This document shows positions 29,501 to 37,840 of a DNA stretch of 64,000 nt, one piece after another. A program made the translations under genes and the position numbers. The notes below the pieces were generated by a model. That model searched no databases. It saw nothing but the letters and a program-made list of their open reading frames with translations, and had not been told where the DNA came from. This stretch comes from an uncultured virus (IMG/VR IMGVR_UViG_3300029985_000693). Taxonomy: Duplodnaviria; Heunggongvirae; Uroviricota; Caudoviricetes. Where the stretch lies: positions 1 through 64,000 of IMG/VR virus record IMGVR_UViG_3300029985_000693. One strand, given 5' to 3'. Positions within the stretch are counted from its first letter, which is position 1, and every line of letters begins with the position of its first letter.

Positions 29501-30149
29501 TTCCTGTTATGGAATTTACTGTTCTGCTACAAATACAACCTCCGGAACCGCTGCTGCTTATAGCTCTAATAACGGTTCTACCTGGGTTGCCGCAACGATG
29601 CCTTCGAGTGGTGTCTGGAACGCTCCAGGTTGTTCTGGTTATACTTGTGCCGCCACAACCACGGCATCGGGTACTGTTGCTGCTTATAGCTCTAATAACG
29701 GCTCTACCTGGGTAGCCGCAACGATGCCTTCAAGTGGTGTTTGGAACGCTCCATATTGCTATGGTGTATATTGCATAGCTACACTTACTACGTCTTCCAC
29801 AGCGGCTGCTTATAGTTCTAACGGTGGTTCTACCTGGGTTGCAGCAACGATGCCTTCGGCGGCGGTATGGAATGGTAATCCTATTTGCAATGGAGCTATT
29901 TGTGTAGATGTAACGGCTGCGGCTGGTGTTACGACTATGGCCTACAGTCTTAACAATGGAGCTACTTGGTCTTTGGGTACCCTACCTGTAGCGGCTACGT
30001 GGAGCAATCCAACCGTAGGGGTTCTCAATATCACTATAGCAAATACAGGATTTACTAATTATTGGGGATACAACGACTTAATCCACGATCCTGTGGGTTG
30101 GCCATCCTCATTAGAAATATTTAATCAATACACACGTAATTTTAATTAA
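26574..30149 (+). CDS. 1191-aa Cys-rich BNR/Asp-box-like beta-propeller protein with an IPT/TIG domain and signal peptide
   Basis: MLKRLFILLTIVGSAAYA|; about 24 S-x-N-x-G-x-T-W boxes; PAITSF...GAAVTITGSGFTGAT IPT domain near 27693-27929. Confidence 0.8.
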   Translation: MLKRLFILLTIVGSAAYAGDAWVGSNSATSYYSTNNGSTWTAATGMASQGIQPSCVGSNCTTFFYAATGNTAYYTTNGGATWSTSTLPATQGWQTPSCVGTNCSATAGWFAGVNTTTAAFSSNNGQTWVSSTLPSSQLWWAPSCSTGSVCVVVSGSTSTNVAAFSTNSGSTWTASTLPATASWGYSVCNGSNCVVTETGSTTTAAFSSNGGSTWATSTMPSSGQWRVSCSGTTCAGTRYDTNTTAGAFSSNGGATWSASTLPSSGTWSSISCYSSTCFAFRNDSATTAAAVSTNGGSTWSASTMPSSAAPWGNPYADFGVTNNAAVVCNATLSGCMTYNGGTGYAFTANSGTSWTGGTIGSGYSGCGLAYASVAPAITSFTGSPGVFGAAVTITGSGFTGATSLLFNNFSQPTFTIASDSTITTTVPTGATTGQLSVTSPSGTGLSASNFIVSGHSGGAFFIGNNGSNPKANVAYSTNGSSWFSATAFGSTFWSNLQGNTTSCNSTTNTCVLTVDPSSLGFFTAYSPNGGQTWQLSSQLAANTWGGGVSCPSLSGCVMVQGISTNTVAFSTNGGLSWSTSTTPSTTTWNAPACVGANCTLTSNAGTAGAAYSTNGGSTWTAATMPSAATWNTPTCVSTFCTVTAYFTTTTAAAYSANNGQTWSAAIMPSSQSWNPPTCSGTTCSATTNTTTTAAAYSTNNGSTWGAATMPSSNQWNSPSCSGTVCVATIVASGTTAAYSTNSGQTWTAATMPSSHAWGNPVCVSSNCIAIPFGGTATTAAAYSINGGQTWTATTLPTSQSWGQPTCINTNCTVTAYYSSSAAAYSTNNGQTWTATTMPPQDVPLNAISCGSTTCASTSSLYSGTGSFYTGNGYYWTSPNSLPGNSLNWKAASCAGSTCSTVVTNSSTAAAFSSNGGSSWVSATMPSSAIWNTPLCIVGGFCVATNATSGTAAAYSTNGGSTWVAATMPSSGVWNTPSCYGIYCSATNTTSGTAAAYSSNNGSTWVAATMPSSGVWNAPGCSGYTCAATTTASGTVAAYSSNNGSTWVAATMPSSGVWNAPYCYGVYCIATLTTSSTAAAYSSNGGSTWVAATMPSAAVWNGNPICNGAICVDVTAAAGVTTMAYSLNNGATWSLGTLPVAATWSNPTVGVLNITIANTGFTNYWGYNDLIHDPVGWPSSLEIFNQYTRNFN
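29420..29870 (+). repeat. Near-identical 126-bp (42-aa) tandem coding repeats
   Basis: Box-leading Tyr codons at 29433, 29559, 29685 and 29811. Confidence 0.9.
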
Positions 30150-30169
30150 ATTCAAAGGAAATAATCAAA

Positions 30170-30499
30170 ATGCCAGCTAATTTAAGTTGTGACCGTTGTG
30201 GAACTCCATACGTACCTACAAACGGTGATACCACCGAAAATGCCACTATAAGCATTCGCAGGGCTAGTGATGCTGCTCCTGGAGGTAACTTCGTTCGATT
30301 TGTTTGCCCTACTTGTGAGGCTATGGACGAACAAATCGTTGCTTTTGCATTCCCATGGTCTAATTATGCTGATTTGGTGTTAAATCCACAACAAATAGCG
30401 GCTGCAAAGGCGGCTGTGGTAGCGTCAATGACTCCACCTGTCACTACCACTCAAGCTCCTGCTCAACCTCCGTCTGAAACGACCGTAGCGCCTCAATAA
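30170..30499 (+). CDS. Small CxxC...CxxC protein with Pro/Thr tail
   Basis: CDRC and CPTC; AAGGA RBS. Confidence 0.6.
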   Translation: MPANLSCDRCGTPYVPTNGDTTENATISIRRASDAAPGGNFVRFVCPTCEAMDEQIVAFAFPWSNYADLVLNPQQIAAAKAAVVASMTPPVTTTQAPAQPPSETTVAPQ

Positions 30500-30502
30500 G
30501 CC

Positions 30503-30985
30503 ATGAAAAACATATATTTGGGGTTCTCAAACCACAATGATTGGTTTTCAAAACTAATCATGTGGGTTACCGAGGCACCGGTAAGTCATTGTTTTGTATT
30601 GATTAATGATCCCATATTGGGAGACATGGTTATGCAAGCTACTTCGGGAGGAGTGCAGATAAACACTCTGAAAACCTTTAAATTGACTCACAATATAGTT
30701 ACCGTGATAGAACCCAAAGTTGATTTATCTCAAGCCATAAAGGAAATCATAGAAGAAGACTTGGGAGACGGATATGACTATACGGGTGATTTAGGTGTAG
30801 CTTGGATTAGACTGGGAAAATGGTTAGGAAAGAAATGGCACAACATTTTCCATACCAAAAAACATGAGTTTTGCTCTGCATTGTTAACCAAATTAATACA
30901 AAAAGCCCGGTGGCCTGGATCGGAAACACTGGTACCAGACGAAGTGGACCCTGGCGAACTATTAAAGTTCGTCAGTAAACCTTAA
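30503..30985 (+). CDS. Permuted papain-like (YaeF/YiiX, permuted NlpC/P60) enzyme
   Basis: His before Cys order: VSHCFV...GYDY...EFCSAL. Confidence 0.75.
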   Translation: MKNIYLGFSNHNDWFSKLIMWVTEAPVSHCFVLINDPILGDMVMQATSGGVQINTLKTFKLTHNIVTVIEPKVDLSQAIKEIIEEDLGDGYDYTGDLGVAWIRLGKWLGKKWHNIFHTKKHEFCSALLTKLIQKARWPGSETLVPDEVDPGELLKFVSKP

Positions 30986-31767
30986 TTACTCCAATCTATT
31001 GGGTAAATTAGGTAGTGGTTTCGTATTTTATCTACAGCATGGACTTGTAATGCCTCTTCTGAATCCATCTTCCAGTCAGCATCTTTAATTTTAGAAACAT
31101 AGTCTTCCACCTTCATATACATACGTTTGGCTATAAAATCAGCCATAGAGTTAGACATTTCTTCCAATGAATCCAATCTTTCCTTTAATTCATACTTATT
31201 AAGACTTGACTCAGGAATAACCGAAAACGGTTCATGGGTTAAAAGTATAGCGTCAGGAGCCATTTCTCTGAATGGGCACGCCTGTAATATGTAAAATCCC
31301 ATACTAGCACTGTATTCATCTACATAACAAGTTACAGTCTTAGGGTAGGAGGCGATTAATTGAGCCAATCTCATTCCTATCTCTACATCTCCACCTTCGG
31401 TGTTTAGTCTCAATAAAATGGTATCTATAGAAGGATCCCGAACGTGATCTATAAATATATCTATTAGTTTTATAGAGTTACTACCATTAATCTTGCCGTC
31501 GAAGTCTATAATCAGTTGACGGTCTTTGACTCCCATCTCTATAACCCTATCGGTACTCTTAGTTCCCTCACCGTCAGGTATGCACAAAAGACGGGAAAAT
31601 GGTAAATGTAGGTAATTGGGTACATTTACTACTGTTTGATTCGGAGAATCGTTCTTAATTACGCTTTGGGGTAGCAATCTGCAATCATATCCACCAACTA
31701 AAGGCAATAGAAACAAACCTATATTAAACCCCAACACCAACGCCACAATCTTAGATAATGAAACCAT
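30982..31767 (-). CDS. ClpP-like serine peptidase with N-terminal hydrophobic signal/anchor
   Basis: LNTEGGDV..G, SASMGFYILQAC..R.M, LLTHEP, DWKMDSEEAL....VD. Confidence 0.8.
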   Translation of the reverse strand: MVSLSKIVALVLGFNIGLFLLPLVGGYDCRLLPQSVIKNDSPNQTVVNVPNYLHLPFSRLLCIPDGEGTKSTDRVIEMGVKDRQLIIDFDGKINGSNSIKLIDIFIDHVRDPSIDTILLRLNTEGGDVEIGMRLAQLIASYPKTVTCYVDEYSASMGFYILQACPFREMAPDAILLTHEPFSVIPESSLNKYELKERLDSLEEMSNSMADFIAKRMYMKVEDYVSKIKDADWKMDSEEALQVHAVDKIRNHYLIYPIDWSN

Positions 31768-31790
31768 TTTTACACCCTATATAACTTAAA

Positions 31791-31985
31791 TTACCTCTTA
31801 CGTTTCTGGGTGGAATGGTAAGACCAATTACAGCCTAATTTGATGGCCTCTCTAGTGGAGTCGTTCATTGTATATATTAATCCACAAGACGTACAATAAG
31901 GCCATTTAAGTATTTTACCGCTTGACTTATGCGGTTCATAAGAGTAAGATATACGTTTGGTTTCATTAACTTCATCTATAGTCAT
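31791..31985 (-). CDS. Small Cys/His protein, possibly zinc-binding
   Basis: H...CTSC...C pattern; upstream sigma70-like promoter. Confidence 0.5.
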   Translation of the reverse strand: MTIDEVNETKRISYSYEPHKSSGKILKWPYCTSCGLIYTMNDSTREAIKLGCNWSYHSTQKRKR

Positions 31986-31991
31986 AGTTAT

Positions 31992-32020
31992 ACCCTAACC
32001 CAAAGCAACAAGCAAGTCAA
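31992..32020 (-). promoter_or_regulatory. Possible sigma70-like promoter TTGACT-N17-TAGGGT
   Basis: Read directly; TAGGGT could instead be an RBS, since it also sits 6 nt before ATG 31767. Confidence 0.35.
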
Positions 32021-32040
32021 GTATCAACAAAAGGAAACAC

Positions 32041-32430
32041 ATGTTAAAGTCAGAACCAGTTGATTTTGAAATAAATGTAATTGCCGAAAACGGAGAAGAA
32101 TACCGGGGTTTCTTTTCAGCCCTACCCCAACTATCCCATCGCCTAACCCTCCAAAAGGATCGTAAGTACCGAGAACTATTAGGAGACAAACCCGATCAGG
32201 CTGATGAGTATTCCAAGCTCCTAAGTATTTACTTGGCAGATTTAGGTGTACGTTTAGTACGCACCCCCAATTGGTGGAAGGAAACGGACGGGGGTCTAGA
32301 ATTGGAATCTTTCAATGTAATTAGCGAAATAGCTCAAAAAGTAAGTGAAATCATCAAAAAGGCAAACGATGAAATTCAAGCCAAAGCGGAAAAGTCTCGT
32401 AAAGAACTAAAAGACACAAAACCGCTATAA
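32041..32430 (+). CDS. Putative tail assembly chaperone
   Basis: Small gene two positions before tape measure; Y.G.F...P.WW pattern; AAGGA RBS. Confidence 0.55.
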   Translation: MLKSEPVDFEINVIAENGEEYRGFFSALPQLSHRLTLQKDRKYRELLGDKPDQADEYSKLLSIYLADLGVRLVRTPNWWKETDGGLELESFNVISEIAQKVSEIIKKANDEIQAKAEKSRKELKDTKPL

Positions 32431-32436
32431 TTCAAT

Positions 32437-32853
32437 ATGAATAAGTATCGGGCTATTCAAACAATAGCCCTAAACTCAGTTCTCAAGAAAACCACTGAAT
32501 CCCAATTAAACCATATATTTCGGTGGTTTAGCAGGGAATTTAGCACTCCATTGCATTTAGTGGAAGAAATGAGTTTAGAGTACATTTTAACACAATACTA
32601 TGAAGACTGTTATGAAAACATGACCAAAGAAGAACTAGAAAAGGAACGAATAGATCTATCTTTGGACGAAAATGACATAATAGCCCGAGAAGAAGAGGAC
32701 GATGAGTTCGTAGAAACCATCAAAAAACAGATCAAACAGGCGTCAGTACCCACCCCCATAGCTAGTTCCGTTAAAAACATACATCCCATAACCAAAGAAG
32801 AACTGGAAAAAGAACTAGAGCAATGGAAAGACATTAAAATGACCTTCGATTAG
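32437..32853 (+). CDS. Putative second tail assembly chaperone
   Basis: RWFSREFSTPL; acidic; directly precedes tape measure. Confidence 0.5.
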   Translation: MNKYRAIQTIALNSVLKKTTESQLNHIFRWFSREFSTPLHLVEEMSLEYILTQYYEDCYENMTKEELEKERIDLSLDENDIIAREEEDDEFVETIKKQIKQASVPTPIASSVKNIHPITKEELEKELEQWKDIKMTFD

Positions 32854-32896
32854 ATTTCTGCCCTAATTTTAATAAGTTAACCCCGGAAAATAAGAT

Positions 32897-35038
32897 ATGT
32901 CTGACCCCAAAAAACCCAAATTAGAGATAGGTATTGAAGTTGACAAAAAAGGCGACGCTGAAACCTTAAAAATTCTAAAAGGAACTAAGAGTGAAATCAA
33001 AGGGATAAGCCAAGAGGCAAAGGAAGCCACCAAAAGCCTTAAGGAAATGAAGAGTGCTCTCGATTCTGTTAAATCGACAAGAACGGGAGGAGTTAAAAAC
33101 GGAGGGGGATTTGGGAAACCACCAGACAATGGCGATAGAGGAACTCCGGGAACCAATGGAGGTACTATCGGGGGAAGTGGGAATAATTTTAAATTTCCAG
33201 AAGCTCCAGGTATAGATGAATCGAGATTCTCTCCAAGGAGCAGTCTAGGGGGAAAGTCTTTGGCTGGCATTGCAGCATTGGCCTACAGTGGACTCCGAAT
33301 TCCACAATTAATAACATCTGGATTGGACGCAAACAATCTACAATATAGTCAATATGCCAGTTCTTTTGGGATTCAACAACAGTTTTCCCAGGGTAAGATG
33401 AATAGGGATCTATCCAGCCAAGTGGCGCTCAATAGAATAATGGCGAATCCAAACCGTAGAGCCGAATACGAAGGATTGTCAAATTACAATACAAGATATA
33501 CAGATGCAATCGGAAAAGGATTAGCCAATGTTGGAGGGTTTGCCTCTGGGGCCATTACCGCTGGAACCGGTATAGGACTCATGACTGGAAGTGGTGGGTT
33601 GGGAGCAGGAGTCGGATTGGGAATGTTTGGCTTTGGAGTCAACATGATGAGTGGCTCCAACTTAGCAGAGGGATTGAATTTATTAGGCAATAGCGAAGTT
33701 AGAGATGCATATATAAAGAAAAATATATTAGAAAAACAAAAAATGATGATAGATTCTCAAAAAGAACAAAATCCAATACTTATGGCTGGATTAAGTGCTG
33801 TTGCTGGAAACTCTTCTTCGGATGTCGATCTTCAGCGCAGATTATTTGGAGGTATGTCCAAAGACAATCCTCTACGTAAAAACAATAACAACTTCCAGGA
33901 CTTTTACCAATCAATTGGAAGTGAATATAAATTCAGAGGAAATCAAAAGTTATCACCTGACGACCAAAGGACTTTACTTTCAAATTTAGCGGCGGCCGGA
34001 ACAGCTACTACGGCCGTTAATAGAGGTGTGTTAAATACAGCTATAGACATGAAACTGGCAGGTATAAGTCCACAGGCGGCTGCTACCTTATTGGGAACAT
34101 ACGCCAATGGAAGTATCGTTGGAGCCAAAGCCATGGGAGCCCAACTGGCACACATGTTAGGAGACAATAGAGTGAAGGATCAGGCAGCTGCCTTTGTTGG
34201 AAATCAAGCCTATAGTCTAAATTATGGAGCTACTGACGGCTCAGGTCTATTGAGCACATTAGCGGTAAGGCGTGGAATGAGCGATCCAAACAAAATGTTA
34301 GCCAACACGGCAGCGGTAGCCTCTTTTCCTCAGTGGCAGACAAAAGATCAATATCAAATGGCTTACGGACAGGTTCAAGACTTAAAATTCGCAAAAGCAA
34401 ACGGAGGAAATGTAAATCTAGCCTATGCGTTGGATAGATTTCGACAAAACCCTCAATTTATGAAAATAATGCAAAACGGCTCCTTGCCCCAGGAATTAAT
34501 TGATGAGGGAATGACCCCAAAGGGATGGGAAGACTTTAAACAACACTACGATGTTTATGGAACAAAAACAATTATGGCCAGAAGGATACCATCTGGTATT
34601 CCGGGAAACAAAGGCGACAAAATAGCCAAATTACTAATGGAGCACAATGGAGATTTAAGGGATCCATCAATTACGGACGACCTAAGAGATGCTTACGCAA
34701 GTGACATGGCCGGATTAGGTGTTGATCGGGAAACAGCTCTTTCTCAATGGGACGAAAGACGAAGGGGCTTAGGGGTTAAACACAAAAAACGGAAAGGGAA
34801 CGGGTCCTCATCGGCAGGAGAAGATGTTGCTGAGCAAGGAACAGGGGCAGCTCTTGGGGTTAATTCTGGAGCAGCAGACGAAGCAAGCAGAGCGTACAAT
34901 CAAGGGGTAGGGGCGGTTCTTAATGCTCAATTGTCAGAACAACAGAAAACAAACGTATTCCTAGAGAGATTATTAGGTAAACCTGGAGCATTTTCTGTTG
35001 ATTATTCACACAAACCAAAGAAAACTGGTGGGAAATAA
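32897..35038 (+). CDS. Putative tape measure protein
   Basis: Helical Ala/Gly/Gln-rich sequence with a Gly-rich hydrophobic patch; sits between chaperones and baseplate hub. Confidence 0.65.
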   Translation: MSDPKKPKLEIGIEVDKKGDAETLKILKGTKSEIKGISQEAKEATKSLKEMKSALDSVKSTRTGGVKNGGGFGKPPDNGDRGTPGTNGGTIGGSGNNFKFPEAPGIDESRFSPRSSLGGKSLAGIAALAYSGLRIPQLITSGLDANNLQYSQYASSFGIQQQFSQGKMNRDLSSQVALNRIMANPNRRAEYEGLSNYNTRYTDAIGKGLANVGGFASGAITAGTGIGLMTGSGGLGAGVGLGMFGFGVNMMSGSNLAEGLNLLGNSEVRDAYIKKNILEKQKMMIDSQKEQNPILMAGLSAVAGNSSSDVDLQRRLFGGMSKDNPLRKNNNNFQDFYQSIGSEYKFRGNQKLSPDDQRTLLSNLAAAGTATTAVNRGVLNTAIDMKLAGISPQAAATLLGTYANGSIVGAKAMGAQLAHMLGDNRVKDQAAAFVGNQAYSLNYGATDGSGLLSTLAVRRGMSDPNKMLANTAAVASFPQWQTKDQYQMAYGQVQDLKFAKANGGNVNLAYALDRFRQNPQFMKIMQNGSLPQELIDEGMTPKGWEDFKQHYDVYGTKTIMARRIPSGIPGNKGDKIAKLLMEHNGDLRDPSITDDLRDAYASDMAGLGVDRETALSQWDERRRGLGVKHKKRKGNGSSSAGEDVAEQGTGAALGVNSGAADEASRAYNQGVGAVLNAQLSEQQKTNVFLERLLGKPGAFSVDYSHKPKKTGGK

Positions 35039-35041
35039 AGA

Positions 35042-36880
35042 ATGGCTCAAACATATGATTTGGTTAAGGATTTTAATATAACCTCGAATTCAAGCACTCC
35101 TCAAACCGTCTCAGTTTCGAGTGGATGGGTAGTGGCTATATTTCCCTATCAAAATCAAATTACGGGGAATAGAAGTAAATTATTATCAAGCAATGTCAAC
35201 GACGTGTCTTTCACTAAAGAAGCGGACGTAAAAACCAATCCAACAATAATAATATCCCATGGATGTGTTAGTTTAACTGTTTCTGCACAAAAAGAAAACC
35301 ACACAATGTCTCTTCAGGCAGAGCTAGCCCCCACCAGGAATTTCATAAAAGAGTGCCATCCGGGAGACTGGGTGATGGCCTGGATGTGTCAAAATCAGGA
35401 AGAAATTAACAAAATCATAAAAATTATTAATACAACCAATACATATGTGGGTGGTTCGGCAAGAGCTAATTACTTCAATTCAGGACTTAAATTCGTAGGG
35501 AAAATTTGGAGCGTATCTCAAAATGGTTCAATTGATGGATCTGGAGACAAGAGGATCTCTTATAGCTTAAATGCTTATGGATTTAGTGAATTAGATAATG
35601 AAATATTATACTTTTACGCTATAGAGTTAGCGTCTCAAACCTATGGTGATTGGATGAGTAGGATGGGTATATTGTTTAATGATATAGTAGTGGAGGGGGA
35701 GGCTGATATAAACTTATTGTATCCAGCAATGATACAAGCCACCCTTGGAAATAAAACAGCCACAGGAACACCAAATCCGGCTGGAAGTATACCGGAACTC
35801 CCCCTAACTCCAAACGTACCATACGCCATTCCCGGCAACGTATATTCATATTTAACAGGGAATCCATACAGCGGAGGAACAAAAGCCTATACGGACATAA
35901 TGGCTGCTTTTATTGGAATACAGGACTATGGTAGTAGCAGTTTAACTGAAAATAATACTTTTGGTATATTTTTACCAAAAACCTCCACTCCTATCGAATC
36001 TGATTTTCCTAAATTATACGCAACTAAAACTCCAATGATAGGCAGAACCCCTCCCATCCCTCCATCCTTGGATTATAAACCTATATGGAATATGCTGGGT
36101 GAATTTTTAAATCCTGGATTAAATGAAATGTACATGGCGTTAAGAGTTGCCGATAATTCCGGAAATATATATCCTACATTTGTCTCTAGACAAAAACCAT
36201 TCACTACGAATGAATTAGATCAAGACATAAAAACAGCCAACTCTAGTAGTTCGAGTCTTAATACTACGAATTTTCCATATACAAAATTTACGGATCTACC
36301 AAGATGGTTAATAGATGATGAAATCATTTTAAATTATTCCGTTTCAAATGACAATTCACTTAGGCATAATATGATAGATATTGTCGGAGTTAGTCCTGCC
36401 TTCGATACAGTTCAAAATGCTCCAAGGGATAGATTTTTAAGAGCTAGTCCAAAATGGGACTCAACAGACATATCAAGAAATGGGGTCCGGGCCTTTATGC
36501 AAAACGTAAACGCAACGATACAGGATGTAAATCAAAATAACCCCCAGTGGGTTGCTTTTAATGCTGATATATTAATGAATCAACAATTACAGTTAACGGG
36601 CACCTTTGTTGTTCATGGCATACAGTCCCCCATTGCAATAGGGGACAACCTGCAATACAAAGACGTTGTATACCATATAGAGGGACTAGCGCATTCTTGC
36701 TCCATAGATAGGGGTGGGAACAAAAGATTCTTTACTACCATACAGGTTACAAATGGAATGACATCAGATAAATACGGAGAATACATTGGGGTATACATGT
36801 ATCCCACTCTGACCAAAAACATCAACATAGGCAACGAACCGGCTATCGATGGAACACAAATAACCAAAGGATCTCAATAA
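35042..36880 (+). CDS. Baseplate hub (gp27-like)
   Basis: C-terminal GTFVVHG...IAIGDNL...YHIEGLAHS...FTTIQVTNG; position. Confidence 0.65.
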   Translation: MAQTYDLVKDFNITSNSSTPQTVSVSSGWVVAIFPYQNQITGNRSKLLSSNVNDVSFTKEADVKTNPTIIISHGCVSLTVSAQKENHTMSLQAELAPTRNFIKECHPGDWVMAWMCQNQEEINKIIKIINTTNTYVGGSARANYFNSGLKFVGKIWSVSQNGSIDGSGDKRISYSLNAYGFSELDNEILYFYAIELASQTYGDWMSRMGILFNDIVVEGEADINLLYPAMIQATLGNKTATGTPNPAGSIPELPLTPNVPYAIPGNVYSYLTGNPYSGGTKAYTDIMAAFIGIQDYGSSSLTENNTFGIFLPKTSTPIESDFPKLYATKTPMIGRTPPIPPSLDYKPIWNMLGEFLNPGLNEMYMALRVADNSGNIYPTFVSRQKPFTTNELDQDIKTANSSSSSLNTTNFPYTKFTDLPRWLIDDEIILNYSVSNDNSLRHNMIDIVGVSPAFDTVQNAPRDRFLRASPKWDSTDISRNGVRAFMQNVNATIQDVNQNNPQWVAFNADILMNQQLQLTGTFVVHGIQSPIAIGDNLQYKDVVYHIEGLAHSCSIDRGGNKRFFTTIQVTNGMTSDKYGEYIGVYMYPTLTKNINIGNEPAIDGTQITKGSQ

Positions 36881-37821
36881 TGTCTACAGTAATTCCTCAT
36901 TATCTAAAATCATACGAAACGGATTCCTCCAAAACAGATTCAGAGCATTTTACCAATAAATCATTAAGATACGGCGTCGTAATAAAAGCTTACTATCCAA
37001 AAGATCCTAAAAACACCAATAAAAACTTCATGGAGTATGATGTAAATGTTAATGTAAGAAATGGTCTCAACACCCGAGAGGTGAATACCGTTTATCGTTG
37101 CATTTGTGCAAATTTATTAGGAAGTACCGATTATATCAAATTTGCACTAAGGGTAGATCCATCTCAATTACAAAACAATCAAATATCCGAGGGGGCCAAC
37201 GTGTTGATACTTTGTGCCAACGGAGAGACTACAAATGCAATAATAATAGGCGGAACAAGTAACGGCGGTTCTCATTCAAACAACAAATCAACAACTCCTC
37301 CAGATCCAAATTCCGGCCTATTTTATCAATTTTTATACAACGGAGTAGGTATAAATGTAGACAACGATGGACAACTATCCATATCTGCGGCTGGAGCTAC
37401 CAAAATAGACGGCTCTCCAGACGACAATAGACCAGAAACCAACAAAACACCTACCATTAATTTCACCAAAGAGGGGAATCTGCAATTAACTGACAATACT
37501 ACTGAATCAGTACTATTGGACACGGTTAATTCTGCCCTAAACATAGAAGCTGGCAAACAAATAGAGGTTACGGCCCCTCAGGTAGGTCTTGGACCAGATC
37601 CAATAGGTGGGGCTCTAAATGGAATTGCCTATAACGAAGCCCTAGCACCTATAAACCAGACATTAATACCCCTGTTGACCACAATAGCGGCTCTTTCGGC
37701 TCTACCTGTTGTTCCTGGAGCTACTCTGGTTCCAATTCTGACAGACATAGTAGCTGCCCTTCAAGCCATAATTGGTTCAATCCAACCATCCACCTCTCAA
37801 TCTGTAATTATATCTAAGTAA
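36880..37821 (+). CDS. Baseplate spike (gp5/gpV-like OB fold plus beta-helix)
   Basis: YGVV...EYDV...GANVLILCANG....AIIIGG followed by beta-repeat region. Confidence 0.7.
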   Translation: MSTVIPHYLKSYETDSSKTDSEHFTNKSLRYGVVIKAYYPKDPKNTNKNFMEYDVNVNVRNGLNTREVNTVYRCICANLLGSTDYIKFALRVDPSQLQNNQISEGANVLILCANGETTNAIIIGGTSNGGSHSNNKSTTPPDPNSGLFYQFLYNGVGINVDNDGQLSISAAGATKIDGSPDDNRPETNKTPTINFTKEGNLQLTDNTTESVLLDTVNSALNIEAGKQIEVTAPQVGLGPDPIGGALNGIAYNEALAPINQTLIPLLTTIAALSALPVVPGATLVPILTDIVAALQAIIGSIQPSTSQSVIISK

Positions 37822-37840
37822 GGAGCAATTTTAATCAATT

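Noticed and set aside
29420..29870. CRISPR array or DGR template/variable repeat pair
   Set aside because: Repeats are in-frame coding units without unique spacers; differences are not confined to adenines; no reverse transcriptase or cas gene in the window
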